Below, one piece after another: positions 54,573 to 64,000 of a stretch of DNA of 64,000 bases (positions are counted from its first letter, which is position 1; the number at the start of each line of letters is the position of its first letter). The translations under genes and the position numbers were made by a program. The DNA comes from Phoronis australis (lineage: Eukaryota; Animalia; Phoronida): positions 124,001 through 188,000 of the forward strand of contig NMRA01000394.1 in NCBI GenBank assembly GCA_002633005.1. Reading direction: 5' to 3'. The notes under the pieces are model-generated. The model saw only the letters and a list, made by a program, of their open reading frames with translations. It was not told the DNA's origin and did not search any database.

Positions 54573-55510
54573 AACACGGTATATAGATGCGACTACAGCA
54601 GGAAGTCGTTCCTGTCTTTTACTCTGGCTCAGTTGAATAGTCTGCCCCGTCTGGTGTCACGTCAAGTCCATTTATTGATAGATCTAGGGCAGAAAATTGT
54701 GCTTCTTCAGAAGTCTCTGTAGATCTTCTATTCTACGGGTGTCCTTATTATTGTTTATGCAGCATGGACATGACGTCACTGAGTCCTTTGTTTATTTTGG
54801 TAACCCGGTAAATGTTGTGCAAATGGCATATTCAAAATATGTCTTTTAGCTCTACATGTATATGTTCAAAACTCGCACACTAGATCAAGTTGGTGGACGG
54901 TTCGTAGGCACGCTGTTATGGCAAAACTGTGATTTTTGTAAGAACATACAATGTAATATTACACAAAACGTAATCTCTGCTGTAGTATAATATATACACG
55001 CAAACAAGCACACTCATATAACACAATAATCAACATTACAAGGTACGAATAAGCAAATTACATTCGAGAAAACAGGTCCCTGATCTAGATAGAAATGCAA
55101 ATGTAACTAATTCCTTTAAGAATTTTAAATTGTTAGGCATTTAAGTTTATTTCATTCCTCTTAGATATATAACCCAGTCATCTAAAGGTGACCTGCAAGA
55201 ATTGCAGGTTGAACTGCAAAATAAGTCTTCGGTGCAAATGTATGTACATTCAAATAATTTAGTAAACGTGACATGGGAAACTTCAATGAAATATAAACTA
55301 CTTTACTCAGATCTAATTCATATACTGCTTTGTTATTTCGCAAAAACAGCACAATGCAGATGTTAATGGGGCTTTACGTGGATTTTACTTCACATAAAAC
55401 CCTGAATACAGCAGTATAGCTTGTAACGCTAGTCAGGCACACCAATATTTTCATTCAGCAACACCTAAGCATTAGGCTGTTGCAAAATTTCGGTAATTTG
55501 TTATCCGCTT

Positions 55511-55927
55511 TCATTGCTCATAGGTTGGAGAATATGTAAATATATAAACGGCCATAACTGCAGTTATGAATAAAAATACATAAAAAAACAACTGGTCCAG
55601 TATAATACCAAACAGCTGCCATTCCTCAGAGATAATGGCATCAGCTTCTTTCTTGTAAGCCAGTTCTTGCAGTTCATGAACCGAGTGCATTATTCGCTTC
55701 AGATAAAGTTCGGTCTTTGAAGACTTGCGAACGACGTCTTTATTTTCCATGTCGTTTTGGTCAAAGTTGAGAATTTGAATTTCCTCTTTTATGCGTGTTT
55801 CCTCGCTAAGTGTTTTCAAAGGATGTACCTGAAAAAAATAATGGTTAAGTCATTTCAAGCAGAACTGAAATATATTCTCTGAGTAAATGCTTAACGTGCT
55901 CATACGTTGGACTCGGAGAAAATGTAA

Positions 55928-55959
<32 letters not shown>

Positions 55960-56200
55960 NGCATTATTCGCTTCAGATAAAGTTCGGTCTTTGAAGACTT
56001 GCGAACGACGTCTTTATTTTCCATGTCGTTTTGGTCAAAGTTGAGAATTTGAATTTCCTCTTTTATGCGTGTTTCCTCGCTAAGTGTTTTCAAAGGATGT
56101 ACCTGAAAAAATAATGGTTAAGTCATTTCAAGCAGAACTGAAATATATTCTCTGAGTAAATGCTTAACGTGCTCATACGTTGGACTCGGAGAAAATGTAA

Positions 56201-56241
<41 letters not shown>

Positions 56242-59200
56242 TGTGTGTTTGTGTGTGTGTTGAGCAATTTATTTGTAATCGTCCTAACAACACCGTGTTT
56301 TTCGCAGTATGCTTTCCTCCATAAACCCCAAATTTGCGAACATTAGCATGATCGGATCTAAAATATATTTAACACGCCAATGCAAAGCTACTTCTAGAAA
56401 TGTGTGTAACTGCACACATTGTTGCATTTTCGATTGTTTAATCAAATGGAGCTCATGCTCAATGTAAGCGTATTTTTCTATCTAACCTATAAATAAATAC
56501 GTCCACCTTCATCTCAGATATGGGCAAAATGATGAGAGAAACTATTACTGTACGTGTAGTTTATAATGACCCTTGAAGTGCTTAAAACCTTACATCGAAA
56601 ACACGAAAACAATATTACCCCCAGTCACCAGCGGTCAAATTAGAACACACACAAACACTGTCGGCGATATAATAAAATAAGGAATAGCGAGTTACGAGAA
56701 TTTATTGGTGGTGACATACTACGTACATGTAAACAGGACAACTAACCACAGACATTCTCCATTGTGTAAAGTTTGAAACGTTGTCAGATATTGCTGCTCA
56801 TTTTCCCGTGACTTAAGGTGCAACGAAAAATGGCGAGACATTGCATTCGTGGTGGTTGTGACAACTAGGTTATTTGAGCTCGGTGCTGCTCGTTTCACTT
56901 TCCTGTGGGACATTAGAGGAGCGCAGGTACGACATTGGTTTGTAAATAAAAGTCGCGGAATGGTAAACATGGCACACTGGCGCTTGGTACGTTCATACGT
57001 CGCTTATATCCGTGGGGCTAAGAAACTTTAAATTCAAGTCGCGTTTCTTCTATTTTCTAGGTTTTTGTATATTGAATTCACGGTTGTGATATGCAGTGCT
57101 ATAAAAGAAGGTTTGATGATATTAACCATTTAGTCACTTTTCAAAACACGGCAAATTGAGGATTGAAGTACTTTAACCCGATTTATAGGAGCCCATTTCA
57201 CCCGCTGTTGGTTTCCTTAATTCGTGTCATGACATGCTACTCCTGGGTTGTCAATCACTGTTCCTATGACTGCCCACTTCAGTAGTTCCAAAAAAGCTCC
57301 TTGGGTGCAATTTGGAGTTACTGTCCTTAAATTTCCATGCCACTAAGAAGCATGGAAATGCTTTAGGAGCGGTGTCACGGTCACCTGACGCCACCTATTG
57401 ATCAGGCCCAACATCACATCAGGTAACACCTGATGCGCGCCCAACATAGCTGATTGTTAAATAACAGTTCCAGTATTCGTTTGCGATATTTCCTCTTTTT
57501 CCATAAAACTGCACAGGGTGTAATTAATTAAGGGAATTCTGGACAAAACTCACATGTACAGTCGAATCCCATGACATTCCCGTGCCCGTTTTGAACATGA
57601 ACAGCGATACAAAGAGCAGAATTCCCGATTTCATCTTATGCATGCAAGTCTATCATCGTTAGTTCAAGCTTTCGTTATAAAGTGCATATTTCGAAAGTCC
57701 TTGTTGGACGTTGTAACGAAGTTCATTGCAGTTGTAAGATGAATTGCACGAAAAGTAATTATTATAATACAGTAGTCTACAATTCTGACTTCGATACTAG
57801 AATTTGTGTTGTCAGTTTATATTATCCAAAAAGAATACGACGCTGTTATCTTTGATATTGGACGAGTGAGAAAGAATGAGATGACTTGGCATGACAGGAT
57901 TTTCGTCCATTGAAATGTAACAGCAGGCACGAATCCAGAAGTGGTCTTAGGGAGACCGGATTGCCTGCTTTAGTCAGGCACGTCTGAATTGGGTTACCTA
58001 AATCATTAATCCAAGGCGTCGTTCCTGAAAAACCAGTTTTAGTGCTCTAAAATAGACAAGATTTTCCGAACAAAATTCCGACGCACGGTGATCTGGTGGC
58101 TATTCAGTCTGGGTCATCACAAACAGGCCAAGCCAAGTAGCGTTCCCCACCAACAAAATCAGTCAAAAACTCAAATTCAAATCAAACGAAAACGTTTCAT
58201 TATGGATGCATACAGTATATGAAAACTGAGAACTAAGGTCTTTACAGGAAACTGCGACCAAATATAGAGTACAGCCGTATGTAGATGTATGGTCTCGTTG
58301 GAACATTCCCAGATAAAATGAATTCTCAATAGGATATGACAATAGTATTCCTAGTACATGTATGTATGTGGGATTACCTGTATATATCTGAAGTCGCCGT
58401 ACCGCGTTTCAGCTAATCAGAGGACGGAAGTATAAGCGGTCGTGTCGAGCAGAAATTGTCCCCTACACATGTCTGTTGCAGCACATACTTTTCAAACCAC
58501 AATTTTTGATCCACGTTGGGATCGCATATTGTTTTAATCTACTTAAAGGAGAATGCCACCCAATTTAATTAGTCTTTTTTGCCGTCTTAATCGGTCCATA
58601 TCCACATCGCCTCGCATACGGTCGACCTTACCTTGCCAAGAGGTGTCGAAGGTGAGAAACGACGCTAGCGACGTCAGTGGTTCATATGCAGAGTGAATGC
58701 CGCTGTGTTGCTGTGCATCGTTCCCGCTTGTCCGAACTTTGCAGCTGTGAGGAAAGCGAGTATATCGTTTTTTTTTTTCGACTTCCTCGAGATTCCGAAA
58801 TGCTAAGGAAGTGGCTCATGGTAGTGAAGAATGAAATGTACGCTGTAAATAGCAAGTATGAGGCCGTGAAACATCTCGTGTCAGTGGCCTGCAGACGTCG
58901 ACATTGCCTGACGAATGCCGTCTTACCAAATAACTCCATACGCTTCGTTGTCTGAACTTGTTCACGGCGCCTCTCTAGTATTTCTTCATCATTGTATTCC
59001 TGTTCGAATTGATAGCCTGTAAAACTTAACGGATCCACCTGCAAAGTCGGGACTGACGAGCTCTAGCTCGTCCTAAGTCGGGATTGCGAGTTGCCATGTT
59101 GGTGTTTATTACTGAGCGTTCTGTTTCAAAATGAACTATTCTCACCCTAACCAATACTTATATAAAACTGAAACAAATTCTGTCTCATTAGATGCAATTT

Positions 59201-60490
59201 GTAATGCCTTTGGAGTGTACGTGAGTGCAAATGATTTGAGAAGCCAGCAATGAATAAATCACTGCGTTTACCGTGACCCGGGCTTTAGGTCGGCACTAAA
59301 AACTAATTGACGGGACACCTAGGCCGTGTGAGCTCATGCTAATTTAGTGTTTGCTGGCAGAAACTGTTGTGAAACAACTCGATTTCCATCCCACGACCAG
59401 GTGTTAGGGGAATCTTTATTTACATTTACATTACTCAAATGATTGTCAATGTACAACTTCTGCCCTGACGGTGCTGTGGCCAAAGCGAAACCTGAATTCG
59501 CGGCCCCCGACGACTAAGTAGATTTGCAATTTCGTGGCTAATTCACCTACATAATCAGGTGCACATTACTTTGGCTCACTAGTATAGTATTTTTTTGACT
59601 GGAAGTTTAGTTACCACTGAACTTTGGCTGGTTTATGTTCGTAATGTCTGATCAGTCGAGCCACTGGCGGGGATAACGAGTCAATCCGCGACCACGGGAC
59701 TGATCGGGCTCCGAGCCACTGGCCAGGCTTACAAGCATTTTGTGTTTAGAACTCAAAAAATCACAAGTCTAAACAACACAGATCTAGGGTCTCCTGTCTG
59801 TATCTCACGGAAAATACTTCGAAATTATCTCCGAACAGACTACAAACTCCTGCTACGGACCTCATTGGCCTGTCGAACTTTGTAGGCTACGGTGTGTCCA
59901 AATACCAATAACTCCGTAAGAGCGAAATAAAACAACACGTTTTTATAAGAACTCGGTGTATTTTTAAGGGTTTTACATCGAAGTTTGATGATTTATTGGT
60001 GTTAAACGATGACTTCAAGCGATAAGCTGACACCAGTAACCCGTGTTGTGAACTGCTGAACAGACTGCGTATGAAACCGGTGACGTCATTGGATAATTTC
60101 AATACCTCCGGCTGCCGTCAGGTTTCAGGTAACGCAACCGTACGTGTCGTTATGGAGTAGAACTACTGGATCTAAATTGATACAAATTAGGTTGTTTTTT
60201 TGGGTGGCATGCTCCTTTCAAACCAAAAACAATAAGGCTTACCGCATTTGGCGCAAGGTTATCATATTACACACAACTTACTTTTGAGATTTTGCTGCCA
60301 TTATGATGCAGCAGAGTTTGTATAACCAAATGTCTCTTGCAGATAACTCTAGCCACCCAATCGAATGCTAGCTTCTTTAGGAAAGGAGGTATTTTTCGAC
60401 CGTGAGATCCACCATGGTGAGTTGCCAAAATGAGTACAGAAATGACAGTAGACAATGCCACGAGGATGATAGAAGCTGCGAAGAATTTTC
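55511..60490 (-). CDS. Nicotinic acetylcholine receptor subunit gene B, 3' exons (M3, cytoplasmic loop, M4); 5' part beyond the right edge of the window
   Basis: Exon 60282-60490 (GKFFAASIILVALSTVISVLILATHHGG...IPPFLKKLAFDWVARVIC, M3 plus MX helix) and last exon 55511-55828 (VHPLKTL...EEWQLFGIILDQLFFYVFLFITAVMAVYIF, M4, stop). They are compatible in phase 0; an intervening loop exon cannot be excluded. Confidence 0.92.
55688..56260. repeat. Assembly overlap duplication around N55960 ending in (GT)n microsatellites
   Basis: 55688-55935 is repeated at 55961-56210, and both copies run into (GT)n. Confidence 0.9.
58547..60216. mobile_element. Deleted Kolobok DNA transposon in an intron of nAChR gene B, with THAP and KolX-like coding remnants
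   Basis: TTAA|aggagaatgccaccc ... gggtggcatgctcct|TTCA. Plus-strand 58677-58955 reads CRCVAV...FFRLPRDSEMLRKW (THAP-like); the minus strand reads GYQFEQEYNDEE (resembles the KolX/P2X7-like N-terminus). Confidence 0.75.
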
Positions 60491-61933
60491 CTAAAATGAA
60501 AAAGCCATCCACCATATCTGTAATGCATGTGCATATGAATTGAACATTCATTGAAAGTACATGTACTTGTCATATCATTAGTTATCAACGTTAGAACTTG
60601 AATATAAATTATATCAAGGCGACTAAGGAACACCAAAATTAATTATCAATATTTTAAAACTACCATCTCATTGCCAATATTATTCTGAAATGAGACAGTT
60701 ATACCACGTGCACGATCTACTAAGTAAAATGTGATGCAACTGCCATAAAATAATCCACTTAACAATGAATCAGTTTGTTAATAATGCTAATGGGTTTTAT
60801 GACCTCGTGATTTAACGAGGCAATAAGACCGTCCCTTCCTTCAAAAATACCGTTTTATTTAGGTCACGCAGCAAACTACTGAGACGACTGGATGTCCTTT
60901 GGAGCACGTTTCAATTCCGGCTACATGTCGACTAAATCCCGACAGATGTTGTATAACATTCTTTTTCCAAATATTGATAAAAGAGTAGCAATCGCAACCG
61001 ACGAGCGTGCAGCGAGACTGAGTACACCGTGCCACATTTGCTTTCGGATATTTACCAGTGAAGTGAATGAAAGTCCAGTTCTTGTACTGAATGCATGTTC
61101 CGACAAAGGAGGACACAAGCTCCCACTGCAAGGCGTAACTAAACCCATTCTAAGCTTCCGCTTAAAAAGGTCGTGTTGATGTGCATCTTTTTTCATTGAC
61201 AAAGTTAAATGGTACTACCTGCCTTTAGCAAACAAATTGTGGCAAGCTACAACAGGTATGTATTGAAACACGTCATAATTCTACCAGTGATGTGGGTTGC
61301 TTAAAACTGGTAGACCATGCCAATGTTTTTTTTTTACCACGGAACTGCAATTATGTATAAAATGACAATTACAATATGAGAGAAATGTAGTGTAGTAAAA
61401 CGTTGGCGTGAGTCGTGCAACAAATAGAGACCTCAATAATTTAGGGATATTATCGGTTCATCAATAATAACGACAATTTTAATAAGATCTGTGGAAGCCG
61501 GGGAACGCTCTGCCGATGACTCGAATCGTACGTATGTGTGGAGTACTTTAATCATATCCATAATGGGAAAAACACCTGCCTTGAGTACAGCGAGAACCGG
61601 AGATATAGGAGCAACGCGGGTCTTTGAGATACAGTCAATGTTTGCATCTCATACAGAGCATGTGCAAGAGATGAATGTTATTTTTAATATTCTCACTCAA
61701 CGGAGCAATGCCAATAAACTCAATACAAACGCCGGGAGGCCGGGTTGCAAAGCCAGTCAGAAATGATATCCCCAGTGGGAACAAACCAACCGCCTTTCAT
61801 CAAGATTTTTCACGACGGTTGGAGGATAGGCAGGCAGAAGACAAATGGTACAAAACAAAAAAAAAACGCCACTAGCGTGCGCAACATTTGTCAATTCTAT
61901 TCGAGACAGGCCACGTGCTGGTATGTACGATAT

Positions 61934-62110
61934 ATATAGATTATTGCATGGCGAAGTCGTTATCCCCCGTATTCGAGCCCGAGTGGATTTTGGAGAATTA
62001 TCGCCCGAGGGGTGTTAGACCCGAGGGTGATAATTCTCCAAAATACAAGAGGGCTCTTGATAAGGTGATAAGGAGGATAACGACTGAGAACACGTAATAA
62101 TCTATTTATA
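61934..62110. mobile_element. Palindromic non-autonomous element, Crypton-like
   Basis: attttggagaattatcgcccgaggg..cccgagggtgataattctccaaaat central hairpin; outer arms tagattatt..agtcgttatcc / ggataacgact..aataatcta. Confidence 0.55.
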
Positions 62111-64000
62111 CCACATACTGAACGAGAAACATTGCACTGAATCGATCTACTTTTCTCGACTCGCCTCGGCTTTGTTACCACTTTCTATGTCAGAGGCCCG
62201 GGGTGGGAGGTCGTGACCTATTAAGAAGAGCCGAGCTATTTTTGTCAAATAATGCTTTTACTCAAAACCAATTGAAAACTTAAACAAAACAGAAATAAAG
62301 TGAATCTATAAATTAAGGTTTAGCAAATATTATAGCTTACTAAACAGTTTATCACGCTAATCTTCGACCATGAAAATATTATATGCTAAAGTAGGTTACC
62401 ACTGGCAACTGAGTATAATGCTCAAGTCCAAGGATCCCGACGACACGAAATGGAGATCAATGATTTACAGGTCAAGTGATAGAACATAAGAGGAAATTTT
62501 TACTGAATTAAAATATCGTTTTAATGGAAATTATGCGTCTTGTTTTCCATAGCGTATAAATATCGGTACAATACCCTTTGTTGAACATGCAATCGTTGCA
62601 CGTGCTCATTTAGGTATTCTATTTTCACGCTCGATGACGTCAGCCGCTGAGAGGTGCAGTGGTAAAGCCTACGACCCGAAACTCTTCCGGCCAGCGCTCG
62701 AAACCGGCCTCGGTTCCCGCAAAAATGTTATCTCACTCGTGAGATAACCAAATGGGTTAATATACGGTTGTACTGGCCATTTGATGCTAATAATGTGGTA
62801 TAAAGTAACTTATTTACTAAGTTTATGATTAGCCATCAAGGTACAGTAGATATCAATCGCTAAAAAATTGCCCCTCAGTAGTCAGGTTTGTCCCCAAATC
62901 CACGTCGATTGCATTCTCCTCAATATGAAACACAAGCTAGCTTTCATGAAGATACGCCAAATAATTTGTACTTAGCAACATTGGAAAAATGTAAAGCATA
63001 CAACATTGCCACCAGGAGGCACTTTGGAGCAGGAACCGTCCGATAGCCTGCACTATTTCTTGTCAAAAATAGACTTGCCAAATTCTACAAATGTCCTACA
63101 CAAGAGTTCATAAGATGCAGTTGCAGGCGCAAAGACGAAACGAAAATGCCACTCCTAGAAGCAGGATTCGGAAACGTAAGAAACTCATGGACAGTCGTCA
63201 TCTTCCCACAAGGAACACATTTACAAGCTTTCATCGTCGTCTTTAGCACGGTTTGGGCTATTGAGAGATGGACAGTAAAAGCGGCTACTAGGATTCATTG
63301 AATACTTCGAATCTATCTGAAAAGGAAAAGGTGGTGTCTTTTCCTTAACAGACATCCATTTCCAAATTTCATAAAATCCGTCCAACTCCGACGACACAAA
63401 AGAAAATGTTAAAAATGCACAAAAATTAACTAGGGAGCTCAGCGATAGTCGGATTTGTTCGAAAGTCGTCGCCATCTGTTGCCAATTTCATAGAAACCCA
63501 AAAAATTGCCACCAGAAGGAGTCACGGTAGTCGCAATTGTCCAAAATCATCACCAGCCCTCCTCTTCCCATTAGGAATTCTGTACAAATTTACATAACCG
63601 TCCTCAGTGTAATTTGACGGACTCGAAAACAGTAACATGTTGAATCCACCAGATAACAAGAAAGCAGTTTCGTCTCAATAGATACCTGCTAAATTTCACG
63701 AATGTCCGTCAAGGAAATACAAATATACAGGAGAAAACATGAAAAAAATAAAATTGGGGATACTCCAGTATTCAGGTGCGTTTGAAAATTGCTCACGCCG
63801 TCCTAGATATGACAGAGACACACATCTGTAAATTCTCACGAAGCTTCATCCAGGTTCTTTTGAGAAATACTGCTGCGGACGCCGGACAGACGGAAGGGTA
63901 CATAAAATCATAAAAACTTTATGACATTTGATTTAGTTGTTCTCTTAAGTTCAAATTAATAACTAAAAGTAGTTTGTCACTGAATAATAATGCTACAATA

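Noticed and set aside
38100-55400. Numerous 60-137 aa ORFs in the ORF track
   Set aside because: No recognisable domains or consistent splice structure; many lie within repeats and are expected by chance.
55845-56093. Second ORF duplicating the nAChR last exon
   Set aside because: It spans the N at 55960 and is an identical contig overlap ending in (GT)n, so it is an assembly artefact rather than an exon duplication.
56719-56970. Candidate nAChR cytoplasmic-loop exon
   Set aside because: No convincing phase-0 acceptor/donor pair; nearby acceptors lead to stops.

Overview
AT-rich, intron-containing animal genomic DNA, probably from a marine invertebrate (inference), with four single-N scaffold joins at 4277, 12262, 37714 and 55960. 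The ORF track is mostly noise; real genes appear only after splicing by hand. Two tandem minus-strand nicotinic acetylcholine receptor subunit genes are present: 5' exons of one at 936-8545 and M3/M4 exons of another at 55511-60490. Between them lies a ~25.6 kb unit (12263-37865) with two convergent, apparently intact 14-exon genes. One is a KDZ (Kyakuja-Dileera-Zisupton) transposase with CxC zinc clusters (minus strand, ~809 aa). The other is a ~460 aa protein with a divergent homeodomain, an HMG box, an unknown domain, an acidic linker and a C-terminal chromodomain (plus strand). A 231-bp flank duplicated on both sides suggests a recent, possibly heterozygous insertion. The rest is MITEs, SINEs, a Kolobok remnant and a CTCF-motif-rich tandem repeat. 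All domain calls are motif recognition by eye, not database searches.
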